From the IMG/VR virus record IMGVR_UViG_3300025809_001850: a DNA stretch of 64,000 nucleotides, one strand, 5' to 3'. Made by a program: the position numbers and the translations under genes. The notes beneath the pieces are model-generated. The model searched no databases and had not been told where the DNA came from. It saw nothing but the letters and a program-made list of their open reading frames with translations. This document shows, one piece after another, positions 36,700-48,200 of the stretch (its first letter is position 1; each line of letters begins with the position of its first letter). This stretch comes from a virus (taxonomy: Duplodnaviria; Caudoviricetes).

Positions 36700-37119
36700 A
36701 TGGATTCAGATACAGAAATTTTTAAAGGAAAAACATTTTCCTCTTTGGTAAAGGACATTTATTTCAACTCTAGTCACAAAAAGGAGCAAATAAATCAACT
36801 TATAAAAGACCTAAGAGAAATGGTCAAAGACCTCGGGTCGGCAACAGTTATAGCTCCTATGATAAAAGACTATATTGATGTGGGTATAAAAAACGATGAT
36901 CAACTCGTTAAATTATCCGCGGTTCTACAAAGATTTATAGCTGGAACTTCGGGAGGAGGAGATGACGGAGCAACTGGTGGAGGGCTGTCCGATGCAGAAA
37001 AAGAACAACTACTTTCTACTGTTAAAAAAGAACTAGATGATCTTGAAAAGACCAACTCTGTTGTGGAAAAAACACTCGATAACGCAGACGTACCAAACGA
37101 AGAAAAACTAATTGGATAA
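36700..37119 (+). CDS. conserved helical hypothetical protein (terminase small subunit-like is possible)
   Basis: 139 aa, helical; APMIKDYIDVGIKNDDQLVKL; function unverified. Confidence 0.6.
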   Translation: MDSDTEIFKGKTFSSLVKDIYFNSSHKKEQINQLIKDLREMVKDLGSATVIAPMIKDYIDVGIKNDDQLVKLSAVLQRFIAGTSGGGDDGATGGGLSDAEKEQLLSTVKKELDDLEKTNSVVEKTLDNADVPNEEKLIG

Positions 37120-37128
37120 TAACGATTT

Positions 37129-40100
37129 ATGGCTTATACCAAGTACATAAAAAAATCAGTAACAAAGGAGTTGAATACCAATCATCTGGTAACTCACAGA
37201 CATCTGGTGAGTGGAACTCCTGATAATACTGAGTTTTATGAAATGGAACCTGGAGTGGTTGTGGATGTAATACGAGATGAAAACCATCCCATATTTTCTG
37301 ACGAAGAGTTAAAACCGGAGATTTCTCCTGATGAGTGGCCTGCCGGATTTAATTCCGATGGGCAGGTAGATTATTCATGGATAGGTAGAGTTAAAGTGCG
37401 TTTGTTGTATAGTCAAAACAAAGCACCATTAAACGAACTATCGTGGGCGTTACCTGTGGATGGAACAATAAAAGAATATCCACTATTAAATGAAACTATA
37501 ATTGTCACCAAATATGTAAACAACTTATATTATACACGTAGATTAAATTCAAGAAACTTTTTAAACAACTCAGCTGACTTTAGAACAGAACCAAGATTCG
37601 GTGCAAATAATCGTCTAAATTCTAAAAATTGTCCCAACTTAAAAGGTGCATTGAATTCATCTAATATCAGTAAAGCATCAAATCAATATGGTCAATATCT
37701 TGGCAAGTACTTTAAAGCAAATAACCGAGTTAGACCACTTAAAAACTTTGAAGGGGATACCATTATAGAAAGTCGGTTCGGTTCTAGTATTAGATTTGGT
37801 TGTTATGAAGATAATCCTGAAATTGATGTAGGATCTGCTACTGGTAGTGGAGATGCGTATGATTCCAATTTAGGCAATCCGATGATTATCATTCGCAATA
37901 GGCAACACCCAAGAGGGGGTGACGAGGAAATTTATTCACATACTATGTTAGAAGATATCAATAAAGATGGTTCGTCTATTCACATAACCAGTGGTAAAAC
38001 AATAAGTAAATTTGCTCCTACTTTGTCCGGTCCTTCTGATGACAGTGGTGGAGCAAAACCAAAGGGATTTGGGGGTCTTTCAAAATTAGCAAACTCTTCG
38101 GTTGGTACGGGTATAGATCCTGCCAACATGGTTGCACAGACGGGGGCAATGACATCAGCAGCTGGAGCAGTGGGGCAATCGGGTCTCAATTTAGCAGAAA
38201 CTGCCGGAAATGCATATGTCGACCAACAACTTGCTGGTCCAATGGCAGCTGCTCAGACAGGAGCTAGTGTGGCACAGGGAGCATCTTCGGCATCCGGTAG
38301 TGGAGGGGGTGGAGGAGGAACATCCACCTCGGACAGAACAGGACCAACCGCAGCTGCACAAAAAGCATCGCAGGGAGACTGGTCCGGATCAATTGGTTCA
38401 AGTATGGGAACTGCGGTAGGACAGGAAAACGGTGCAAAAGTGGGTGGTCGTTTGGGAAACATGGGAATTGAAAATGCTTCCAAGTTGGTTAAGGTTGAGG
38501 GTGTGTCAACAGGTGGAGTGGGGGTAGCATCTGCAACAGCTTCAATTGGGGGAAGTGTAGGATCAACCGGAGTTTCCGGAGCCACAACTCATTCTATCGG
38601 AACATCTGCGGGTAAAAAAACCTTTATGAAGGGTGTGGGTCTTGGAAATTTCTCACTAAACTCCACATATGAAAGTGGAATTATAGGTGCAATAAAAACT
38701 GCAAACAAAGTAGGAAAATCTACCTTATTAAAAAAGACAAAGGCAGGACGAGCTTTATCCGCTGCATCTTCCCTCGGAATTGGAATTCCGGGTGCGGGTG
38801 GTCTAGGTATAAACTCAGGTGATAGTTCTATGTTCAAAATTTTCAAATTGGCATCATTTGGTGTTCGTTCCATATGTGCAGGTTTGAAAAATAAAAATGA
38901 TTTTGGATCAGACACAGAAGAATCCCTCGGGTGGTTACTTTCGTTTGGGATCAATCTGGAATTACTTGCTCTACTTATGGCAATTTTTGATAGATTGCGA
39001 AATCTAAAATTTAATTTCGGTTCTATGTTTTCATTTGATTTAGATAGTCTTACATTTGATTTATGTGATTGGATGAATCAAGTTGAGTTCGGTTCGTCAT
39101 TAACTGACACACTAAAAGGAGAAGCAGGAAAAATGCTTGGTGGGGGTTTGACAGGAAGTGGTTCTTCCGGAGCAGGATTGTTGGGAGGAGTCGGTGCAGG
39201 ATTATTAGGAGGACTAACAGGATCAGCTTCAAACAAAGATAAAACAAATGCCCTGGGGAAAGATTTATCTGCCAAAGGAACACTTGGTGCGTTCACAAGC
39301 AGGGATTCTGACTTTGGTCAACAATTTCAATTAATAACAGACGAAGAAAAGGAACAACTAAAGGCATCCGGTATGAACTTTGGGTCAATGGGGTTATCGT
39401 TAAAAAAAGGAAATAGTCAAGTAGCCACGATGGGATTTGATCCGTTAACTGGACTGCTTAGAAAGAAATCTCCCGGAGGAGCAAGTACATTTAGTGCATC
39501 CGTTGATCCAAGTGCAGCTAGTTCATCTAAAGTGGCCAGCAACTTGGGAGCAATAAGTTATATGTCTGGTGGAGGGGGAATACAATATGGATCGTCTGTT
39601 GATGCCATTAACGAACGAGATGCAACCAAAGAAATAAAAGACCCAACAGGAACTTCACCACAAACAACAACGGGTTCAACAGATACAGCCACAGGACCTT
39701 CAACAACAGGCCCGGATTCGTCAACTGAAGAATCTGTACCAGGATCACCAACTCCATCTTTTGGTGGACCCGAATCATCACCAAGTGGAACGTCACCATC
39801 AACCGGTGGAACAACTGGTTCTGTTTCATCTCAACCAACCCAAGGTGGTTCTCAACCATCTAGTTTAGCATCTGATCCATCTACACAATCTTCTCCAGTT
39901 GCACCAACAACAACAAGTCCATCTGCATCAAACGGAGTTCAGGCTGCCCCACCTATGCCAGATTCGGTCAATTCGTTTCACACAGGTGAGAAAATAACAG
40001 CTGCTGACTTAGCAGGAACACCACTCGCAGGTGCTGACTTAAATGCAGTTGCTTGTTTAGCACCCGCTGATCTTGCTATGTTAAAAGATACAAAAGCAGT

Positions 40101-40620
40101 TGCTGATTCTATTCAACAAGCAACTGATGCAGCTAATCAAGCATTTGATGCTAAACTGGAACAAGCAGAAACTGAGGCACTTGCAGAGGGTGGGGGTGAA
40201 CTTATATTTGGTGGCCAACTTCCAAAATTAGACGGAAATCAAATAATACTAAACTCAGACCGGGTTTTAATTTCTTCAAAAGTTGGAGAGATGGTCAGTT
40301 TCTCGAAAGGAAAATACGCAGTAGCTACGGACGGAGAGTTGACAATGAATGCAGTAAGTCGAATAGTAACCGTCACAGCTGAACACACTTCGTTGGTTTC
40401 CCCTACAATTCACCTTGGAGATTATGTTACAACCAGACATCCTGTACTAAAAGGAGACGCTGCGGTTTCTTGGTTGAATTCATTGTGTGGTTGGTTGGGT
40501 TCTCATACCCACCACGATCCATACATATCAACAAGCAGCTCAGCTCAACAAGGACAATTATCCGGATTAAAAGCAACTTTGCCTACATTATTAAGTACAC
40601 GGGTATTTATAGACGGATAA
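37129..40620 (+). CDS. baseplate hub/central spike, gp5/VgrG-like, with large low-complexity insertion
   Basis: N-terminal OB-fold GRVKVRL...YPLLNETI, FEGDTIIESRFGSSIRFG; C-terminal QIILNSDR...SPTIHLG...PVLKGD; upstream of gp25/gp6. Confidence 0.75.
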   Translation: MAYTKYIKKSVTKELNTNHLVTHRHLVSGTPDNTEFYEMEPGVVVDVIRDENHPIFSDEELKPEISPDEWPAGFNSDGQVDYSWIGRVKVRLLYSQNKAPLNELSWALPVDGTIKEYPLLNETIIVTKYVNNLYYTRRLNSRNFLNNSADFRTEPRFGANNRLNSKNCPNLKGALNSSNISKASNQYGQYLGKYFKANNRVRPLKNFEGDTIIESRFGSSIRFGCYEDNPEIDVGSATGSGDAYDSNLGNPMIIIRNRQHPRGGDEEIYSHTMLEDINKDGSSIHITSGKTISKFAPTLSGPSDDSGGAKPKGFGGLSKLANSSVGTGIDPANMVAQTGAMTSAAGAVGQSGLNLAETAGNAYVDQQLAGPMAAAQTGASVAQGASSASGSGGGGGGTSTSDRTGPTAAAQKASQGDWSGSIGSSMGTAVGQENGAKVGGRLGNMGIENASKLVKVEGVSTGGVGVASATASIGGSVGSTGVSGATTHSIGTSAGKKTFMKGVGLGNFSLNSTYESGIIGAIKTANKVGKSTLLKKTKAGRALSAASSLGIGIPGAGGLGINSGDSSMFKIFKLASFGVRSICAGLKNKNDFGSDTEESLGWLLSFGINLELLALLMAIFDRLRNLKFNFGSMFSFDLDSLTFDLCDWMNQVEFGSSLTDTLKGEAGKMLGGGLTGSGSSGAGLLGGVGAGLLGGLTGSASNKDKTNALGKDLSAKGTLGAFTSRDSDFGQQFQLITDEEKEQLKASGMNFGSMGLSLKKGNSQVATMGFDPLTGLLRKKSPGGASTFSASVDPSAASSSKVASNLGAISYMSGGGGIQYGSSVDAINERDATKEIKDPTGTSPQTTTGSTDTATGPSTTGPDSSTEESVPGSPTPSFGGPESSPSGTSPSTGGTTGSVSSQPTQGGSQPSSLASDPSTQSSPVAPTTTSPSASNGVQAAPPMPDSVNSFHTGEKITAADLAGTPLAGADLNAVACLAPADLAMLKDTKAVADSIQQATDAANQAFDAKLEQAETEALAEGGGELIFGGQLPKLDGNQIILNSDRVLISSKVGEMVSFSKGKYAVATDGELTMNAVSRIVTVTAEHTSLVSPTIHLGDYVTTRHPVLKGDAAVSWLNSLCGWLGSHTHHDPYISTSSSAQQGQLSGLKATLPTLLSTRVFIDG

Positions 40621-40645
40621 TATGTATATAGATATATTTATAATT

Positions 40646-41062
40646 ATGAAAAAAGAACAACTAACTAATCTAATAAGAGAAGCGGTGAGAGCAGAATTGA
40701 AATCTTTTCTACCCAATGTGCTGAAAGAACTCAATACACTCACCAAACAACCCAAGAACAATGCTGATTTAGTTGAAGTTACAAGGAAATCACTGAAGAA
40801 AGTTCGTGCAGATAAACCAATTAAATCTAACACAAACTATAAAACATATTCTAAAAACTCTGCTATAAATGATATACTGAATGAAACAGTAGGTGGAATA
40901 CCACAAGAAGGGGGTGTGTCATCTGGAATAAATGAAGTTAAAGATTTTCAAGGTCAGGTCGTTGATGTTGACGCATTACCTGATCATGTTTCCAATGCAC
41001 TAACCCGGGATTATTCGGCAGTATTAAAAGCAGTTGATAAAAAACGAGGAAACATTAAATGA
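40646..41062 (+). CDS. hypothetical virion-associated protein
   Basis: Start MKKEQLTNLIREAV, 4 nt after ATATTTAT. Confidence 0.7.
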   Translation: MKKEQLTNLIREAVRAELKSFLPNVLKELNTLTKQPKNNADLVEVTRKSLKKVRADKPIKSNTNYKTYSKNSAINDILNETVGGIPQEGGVSSGINEVKDFQGQVVDVDALPDHVSNALTRDYSAVLKAVDKKRGNIK

Positions 41063-41451
41063 GTGGAGATGGTTTAGGTATAAAACTACCCTACACACGC
41101 AGTAACAAAGAAGGGTATTTTGCTCAAGTTGAAACTGAACTTGACAAAGCAAGAACCAACTTAACGATGTTGTTGATGACATCAAAGGGTGAGCGACCGA
41201 TGATGCCCACATATGGAAGTGATTTAAAAAAAATACTATTTTCTCAAAACACAGAAGGAGCGGTTGATGTTGAATTTGAAGATGCAGTTGTTGATGCAAC
41301 ATCAACTTGGATGAATAGTGTGGTTATCACGGACGTAAAGATAAACCGAGATCCTATAAACAATCCATATCAAGCAGAAATTAAAGTGACTTTTGAACTA
41401 ACAAATCTACCTGACTCAGAACAAGAGTTGGACTTACAAATAGAGGTTTAA
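41059..41451 (+). CDS. baseplate wedge protein gp25/GPW-like
   Basis: NLTMLLMTSKGERPMMPTYGSDL. Confidence 0.9.
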   Translation: MSGDGLGIKLPYTRSNKEGYFAQVETELDKARTNLTMLLMTSKGERPMMPTYGSDLKKILFSQNTEGAVDVEFEDAVVDATSTWMNSVVITDVKINRDPINNPYQAEIKVTFELTNLPDSEQELDLQIEV

Positions 41452-41453
41452 TT

Positions 41454-43427
41454 ATGACAACCGATATGGACATATTCGCAAATAAAAAAGGTAAAGATAT
41501 AAATTACCTTAGTAGAGACTTCAACTCTTTTAAATCAAGTTTGGTACAATATATAAAATCATACTTTCCTGGATCATACAAAGACTTTAGTGAAAACTCA
41601 ACAGGAATGATGTTTGTAGAATTATCTGCGTATGTTGGTGATGTTTTGTCTTATTATATAGATTATCAATTTAAAGAGGGATTTTTGCAATATGCAAGTG
41701 AACGAAATAACATAATGACACTTGCGGGTTATTTAGGATACAAACCAAAACCATCGGTTCCTGCATCCACAAATATTTCAGTTATGCACATAGTACCATC
41801 AAAACTTGATAGCATGGGAAAGAATATTCCAGACATGAAATATGCATTAAATATTGAAGCTGGTATGGAAGTTAGGTCTGGAGATAATTCTGATATTGTG
41901 TTCAGAACAACCCAACCAGTAATCTTTGCCGAAAATACCCAAGACTCTCCATTAACCATTAAAGTTTTTCAAAGAGATTCTTCTGGTCAACCTGTGTATT
42001 ACTTGCTTAAAAAACTTGCCCATGTATCAAGTGGAACTTTAAAAAGAAAAGTTGTTCAAGTAGGTGAGGCCTCTTCATTTTATGAAATAGAGTTGGGTGA
42101 TACTAATGTGCTGGAGGTGGTTTCTGTAAAGGACTCTGATGAAAATGCTTGGCACGAAGTTCCCTATCTAGCTCAAAGCACGGTGTTGATAGATGAACCA
42201 AACAACTCAAGAAATAGTCCACTTTATTCTAAATACGCAACAACGGTTCCCTATGTATTGCGATACATGAAAACCTCAAAAAGATTTGTGGTACATACAA
42301 ATACAGACAACACAACCACAATTGAGTTTGGAAAGGGTGATGATAAAATTGACGATGAACTTATAGTCCCGAGTATGAGTAATGTGGGTCGTACTATCAA
42401 TACAAATCGTTCTATTTTAGACATGGGTTACGACCCAAGCAACTTTTTGAAAAACGATTCATACGGAGAAGCACCATCCAACACAGAATTGACAATTGAT
42501 TATTATGTGGGAGGTGGTGCGAGCTCCAATGTTGCAAGTAACACACTTAACAACATCAGTCTCGTTTCATATGCCGAGTCAAATGAATTTTTAAATGCAA
42601 ACGAACGATCCACATTAGAAGGAATTAAAAATAGTTTAAAAGTAAACAACGATGAACCTGCACGTGGGGGTAAGGGTGCTGAAAGTGATGAAGAAATAAG
42701 ATTAAAAGGTTTGGCCTCTTTTCCTGCTCAACTTCGTGCAGTTACTAGAGAAGATTATGTTATTCGAGCATATTCTATGCCAGCAAAGTTTGGAAGTGTC
42801 GCGAAGTCGTTTGTAACAAAAGACGGAATTTTAGATACACAATCTCAACTTGATATAATTAAAACAAACGAAACGAACCAAGATATATCACCCGAATCAA
42901 TAAATACCGTATACGGAGAAGTGAATAATCCGTTTGCGATAAATATGTATGTACTTAGTTATGATGAAGATAAGAAACTAACACAACCCAATGAACTTGT
43001 TTTCAAAAATCTAACAAGATACATGACACAATATAGAATGTTAACTGATGGACTAAACATATCCAGTGCGTTTATCATTAACATCGGAATATATTTTGAA
43101 ATCTCTGTTCTTCATAACTTTAATCAAAAAGAGGTTCTTGATAACACTATGGTTGAACTAACAAATTATTTTGAGATAGATAATTGGCAAATTTCACAAC
43201 CAATTGAAATTAGTAGTTTAGAAATAATGATTTCAAAAATAAACGGAGTTCGTACGGTGGGCAACTTGAGGATTGTAAACCTTACATCAAATGATGGAAA
43301 TTATTCCGTAAACGAATATGACATAGAGTCGGCCACCATTGGTAAGATATTATACCCATCAATGGACCCATCAATATTTGAAGTAAAATTTCCTGGTAGA
43401 GATATAGTTGGGAGGGTTGTGTCGTGA
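41454..43427 (+). CDS. baseplate wedge protein gp6/baseplate-J-like
   Basis: YLSRDFNSFK..L, GMMFVELSAYVGDVLSYY, IEFGKG, GGKGAESDEEIR, RAVTREDY. Confidence 0.92.
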   Translation: MTTDMDIFANKKGKDINYLSRDFNSFKSSLVQYIKSYFPGSYKDFSENSTGMMFVELSAYVGDVLSYYIDYQFKEGFLQYASERNNIMTLAGYLGYKPKPSVPASTNISVMHIVPSKLDSMGKNIPDMKYALNIEAGMEVRSGDNSDIVFRTTQPVIFAENTQDSPLTIKVFQRDSSGQPVYYLLKKLAHVSSGTLKRKVVQVGEASSFYEIELGDTNVLEVVSVKDSDENAWHEVPYLAQSTVLIDEPNNSRNSPLYSKYATTVPYVLRYMKTSKRFVVHTNTDNTTTIEFGKGDDKIDDELIVPSMSNVGRTINTNRSILDMGYDPSNFLKNDSYGEAPSNTELTIDYYVGGGASSNVASNTLNNISLVSYAESNEFLNANERSTLEGIKNSLKVNNDEPARGGKGAESDEEIRLKGLASFPAQLRAVTREDYVIRAYSMPAKFGSVAKSFVTKDGILDTQSQLDIIKTNETNQDISPESINTVYGEVNNPFAINMYVLSYDEDKKLTQPNELVFKNLTRYMTQYRMLTDGLNISSAFIINIGIYFEISVLHNFNQKEVLDNTMVELTNYFEIDNWQISQPIEISSLEIMISKINGVRTVGNLRIVNLTSNDGNYSVNEYDIESATIGKILYPSMDPSIFEVKFPGRDIVGRVVS

Positions 43428-44644
43428 ATATATTTTACAACCCAGAAAAAGATTCAACGATTTATAGTCAGTCAGCAATCAGAGAACTAAACTTTGGTAA
43501 GTCCGAGATATTAGAATTAAAAAACTCATGGTCTGTGGGAAGAGGAACGGGTATATCTAGAATTTTGTTGCAATATAACATACCATTCAATTTAGAAAAC
43601 TATCAAGACTTTGAACATCTCAAGTTTTATTTGGAACTGAAAATAACTCAATCTGAAGAATTAACAGATACAACTCAAATATCTGCATTTCCTATATCTG
43701 ATTATTGGCAATCAGGAATTGGAATCGGTTTAGATGCCGATCCTGTTTATCAACCGGTCAACTGGATATACAAAACAGATTCAGAAAAATGGGAGTCTGA
43801 AGATGATGAGGGTGGGGGTTCTTATTACACACACATTGAACGATGTGGTGAAGACAAAATCCCAATTTCATGCACATATACATTTTCACAAAAAACATCG
43901 GACGTTAATTTAGATGTGACATCAATTGTAAAGTGTTGGATGCTAGGTGACATCCCAAATAATGGATTTTTAATAAAATTCACCCAAGAAGGTAGAACCG
44001 AACGAAATCAATCTATAAAGTTTTATTCTAGTGACACCAACACTATATACTCTCCACGACTAAGAGCTGCATATTTTGATTACGTAAGTCAACAACCAAA
44101 CACACCACCTTCAAGTGAATCGGGTAGTTTATCAGGAACACTACAACAACTTAGTATTTCTAACCAACCAACTTCAGAAGTTACTGATTACGATCTTGGT
44201 TGGGAACGGGTTATTGTTGGTTCGTGTGAGACTATATTGGATCATACAAATGTAATCAACAAACCAACTCCATCTTTAACTGGAGATATCGTTGCCAAAA
44301 TAAAAACTATTAGGAAAAAATACTTCAACAACGAGCAAATAAAGTTCAATTTGTCGGTTAGACACAAACACCCAATCAAAACATTTTCTGACAAAGCAAC
44401 ATACTCTGGTAAAAATATAGTAGATGCTGATATGTTTTACAGCATAAGAGATGCAGAAACTCAAGAGGTTATAGTTGGTTTTGATGAATATTCTAGAATA
44501 AGCAACGACTCTGCTGGTCACTTTTTTATACTAGATTTAAGTGGACTTCATGTGGGTAGATACTATGTGTTTCGTTTATTGGTTTCTGGTGAAAATGGAA
44601 ACGAAATTTTTGAAGACACACGAACATTTGAAATCGGAAGTTAA
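43424..44644 (+). CDS. putative baseplate/tail protein (DNRLRE-like N-terminal domain)
   Basis: DSTIYS, NFGKSEIL, SRILLQY, DVTSIVKCW...NNGFLIK, FYSSD...PRL. Confidence 0.65.
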   Translation: MNIFYNPEKDSTIYSQSAIRELNFGKSEILELKNSWSVGRGTGISRILLQYNIPFNLENYQDFEHLKFYLELKITQSEELTDTTQISAFPISDYWQSGIGIGLDADPVYQPVNWIYKTDSEKWESEDDEGGGSYYTHIERCGEDKIPISCTYTFSQKTSDVNLDVTSIVKCWMLGDIPNNGFLIKFTQEGRTERNQSIKFYSSDTNTIYSPRLRAAYFDYVSQQPNTPPSSESGSLSGTLQQLSISNQPTSEVTDYDLGWERVIVGSCETILDHTNVINKPTPSLTGDIVAKIKTIRKKYFNNEQIKFNLSVRHKHPIKTFSDKATYSGKNIVDADMFYSIRDAETQEVIVGFDEYSRISNDSAGHFFILDLSGLHVGRYYVFRLLVSGENGNEIFEDTRTFEIGS

Positions 44645-44646
44645 TA

Positions 44647-45237
44647 GTGAGAAAATTGCCAGAATATTTAAAAGAAGAAGATTTCAACCAAACTGAATTA
44701 CAAAAGTTATTAAATTCGGGTGAACTTGAGAATGATATAGATTCGTTTAATACAATAAGTTTTTCAACGGAAACCACGAACCAGGATTCTAAACTCGAAA
44801 ACTATATAATGCTTATTCCGACAGAAAAACGAAAGGCGATTCCACCACAACTTGAAACTTATGTACCAACTGTTGTAACAGATTTTGCAGGTGATATCGC
44901 ATCTAATCCGGATGAGGATGTACAATTACTTGATGAACTAGAAAACTTAGAAGAAGAAATGGACAACATGATAACATCTGAGCAAATGCTACAAGCACAA
45001 ATTGACGAACTAAGCAACAGACTAGATACAGAAATAAGCAACACTGTTAAAGAAAAAGAAACAGCGGCCGAAACATATTCAGCAGCCAAAGACATTATCG
45101 TATCACAACGAATTGCAGCTGGAGAGGGAAATTCTCCACAAGAGTTTAGTGATGTATTTCCGTTTTTACCAATAACCGCAGAAGAAAAAGCAAACCAAGT
45201 ACCTGACCCTCTTCCATTTATGGGTGGATACGAATAA
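44647..45237 (+). CDS. acidic coiled-coil hypothetical protein
   Basis: 196 aa, GTG start, within the baseplate operon. Confidence 0.7.
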   Translation: MRKLPEYLKEEDFNQTELQKLLNSGELENDIDSFNTISFSTETTNQDSKLENYIMLIPTEKRKAIPPQLETYVPTVVTDFAGDIASNPDEDVQLLDELENLEEEMDNMITSEQMLQAQIDELSNRLDTEISNTVKEKETAAETYSAAKDIIVSQRIAAGEGNSPQEFSDVFPFLPITAEEKANQVPDPLPFMGGYE

Positions 45238-45250
45238 GGATCAATAAAAT

Positions 45251-48200
45251 ATGCCTGATTTTTTACAGTATATACAGGATACTCCTTACGAGAAGAAACG
45301 ACTAACTCGGGGGTATGATGTAGATGAATCTACTTTATCTATCGGATTTGCTGAAGAACCAACTCCTTATGACTTTGGATTATCTCCAAAAGACTCAATA
45401 GAATTTTCAGTTTATTCTTCAGATGGAATAAAACTCGCATGGAAAGTCGTTGATGATGAACCTAACTATGAAATCATAAACTTAGATTACACCAATATGT
45501 CTGATGAACGTGTTGGTGGGCAGGCCAGAATATTTACTAAAAACTATCCTACCATTGACGGAAGTGTTGTAGTTTCACCCAGTATAGATGCCAAATCGGT
45601 TGGAATAGATTCTGGTTATTATTATATGAGGTATTCGTTTGTAAACGATATAATTGGGTCTTCGGCAAATAAAAGTAAGTTGTTGATAAAGGATATATCA
45701 AACTCACGAACTGAAATAAAAGTTATACCTGAGTGTTTAAAAACCTCAAACCGACCCGAGGATATTTCTCTATCATTTGAATACGAAAACTTTTCAAACA
45801 AAAGACTACCGGTTTCTCATTTGTACAACTTTACAGAAAAGTTATTAAAACCAACTAATATAATAGCAAACGAATTTGATGAGAGTTTATCTGAATTACT
45901 CACAGATTATGAAACTTCTATGGAACTGGCCATGGAAATGCTGGGCAACACCGACCGAAAACAAGTGTTTATAGAAATTGAATCGGTTAGAAAACGTGTA
46001 TTTGAACTGTATAAAAACACATTGTTATCAGAATACAATGAAGTATATTCTAGAACAGACTTTTATGTACAATATATAAATTCAATAAACTATGAGATTT
46101 CAAAGCAGAAACGATTAGCAGATTCAGAGGTATCACCACAGATTATTGATTTATATAAATCTGTTTTGATAATTTTATTTGACTCAGATTACTTGAATAC
46201 TCTATTTGTTGACCGATTTGAAATGTATTTTAATAATTACATAAACTTTGGTTCGGCCGAGAGTTACCCCATATTGTCAGTCTCTTCTGCAAATGAAAAC
46301 ATAGGAGATGTTGAAAAACACGTTCCTATGATAATAAAACTATCAGAACCATTGCCACAAACAATAACAACTGGTAATCGTCTTTATATATCAAACAAAC
46401 TATATTCAGATGATGTGGTGCAAAAAGTAAATTATTACCAAGAAATAAAATCTAATTTAACAAAACTAAGAGGACCAAACCGATCACAGGTAGTTTCAAA
46501 TTCTGGTACAAAGGAATATACAAAAGACGAACTACAAACGGAGTCGGGTACATCTGAAATAGATTCCACCACCATCGCGATGTCATCTTATTTTAATTCC
46601 AATATTAATAAAGGAATGACAAAGTTTGATGAGTTTTCCGACTTTGTAAAGTTTTCATCTGCAAAGGGTCAACTTGATGTGTTTATTCAAAAGTTCTCAA
46701 AACTATCTAAGTTGATAAATACAATTACTTCATATGAATATTCAATTGAGGTTATTGATAAAAAAATAGAAGACAACAAATTACCAGATACCCAGTCATC
46801 CCGATCATCTATTTCAATTTTACAAAGAATTGATCTTAAAGAAAAACTTACTGAACTAGACAATGAACTACTTATGTTGTCTGATTACGAACGATTTTTA
46901 TTTTACACAGAATCTGTTCGTGCATATCCACGAAGCACCGATTTATATATATCAAAAATAACAGGATCAAATAGACTTGCCAATGGTCGGTACGTATCGT
47001 ATGGATATTTTAACGATAAAACTTCGTACAAGCACTGGTTGGCTGATTGGTTTTTTTGGTGGGACTCACAAACATATCAATGGGTGTTATCAGACACACA
47101 ATACACAAAGGGTGGTGTATTCTTCGCAGTAAAAAGTGAAACATATTTTTACGAAGCTGAAGCAAAGTGGTCTGATACAAATGAGTTCGAAGATGATGTT
47201 ATTCTCAAGGTTTCAAAAGAAACTATTGAGTATGGTCCTGAAAAAGGAAAACTTGCTCCTGAATATGTAACGGAAGATGTAGCTGATTGGTCTAAAACAA
47301 GTTTGGGTTATAAGTGGTACATAGACATGGCAACCGAGGCAACTTATTACGACAAAAGCAACGATGACTATTTAGCATTAAACATACCAGAGTTTTTAAT
47401 AAGAGATGATTCCAACGAAGATTTCATAAAGTTACTTAGTGCAGTTGGTTTAACATTTGATACAATTGATAACTACATCAAAAATATGGGGAACTCACGC
47501 GAGGTCAGAAACGATCCTAACAAGGGAATTTCCGATGATCTTGTGTATTACTTTTTAAATGCATACGGAATGAGTGTGTCGGGTAAAAACACCCGTGCCG
47601 ATCCAGCTTCAAAGTTAAAACTAAAAGACGAAACCAGTTCCGAGTACAAAAGAACACAGACCTGGAGAAGAATGCTAAATAACTTAGCATACATACTAAA
47701 AACAAAAGGCACACGTGAAGCAGTAGAAGCACTTATCAAGTGCTATGATATACCAGAACAACTTTTCGTTACACGTGAGTATGGTGGCTCTTCATTAGAA
47801 GACTCGTCCACAAAGTTTTCGGAATTTTCATTTGATACATATGATTATAGATTATCAATTCAAGAAGAAGATGAGTATGTACAAGTTCCTTGGAATTACA
47901 ATGATTTAAAACCAAAAGCACTTGAATTAAAATTGCACATACAATCAACTGCATCATTGACACCCAAGTTTTATGAAGTCGAGTTTACACCTATAATTGA
48001 ATGTGGAGATTGGTCGTTTGGAATAAAACGAAACACATCAAATTCTGACGGGTGGTGGAGGTTTTACATAAACTTTGCGGGCAACATTACTTATGGTGCT
48101 GACCAAGATTCACCATTTGACGCAGTAATACCACCAAATGACAAAGACCCGTTGTATATGCACCAGGACGATGGATACGACATACTCATACAAGTTTCTG

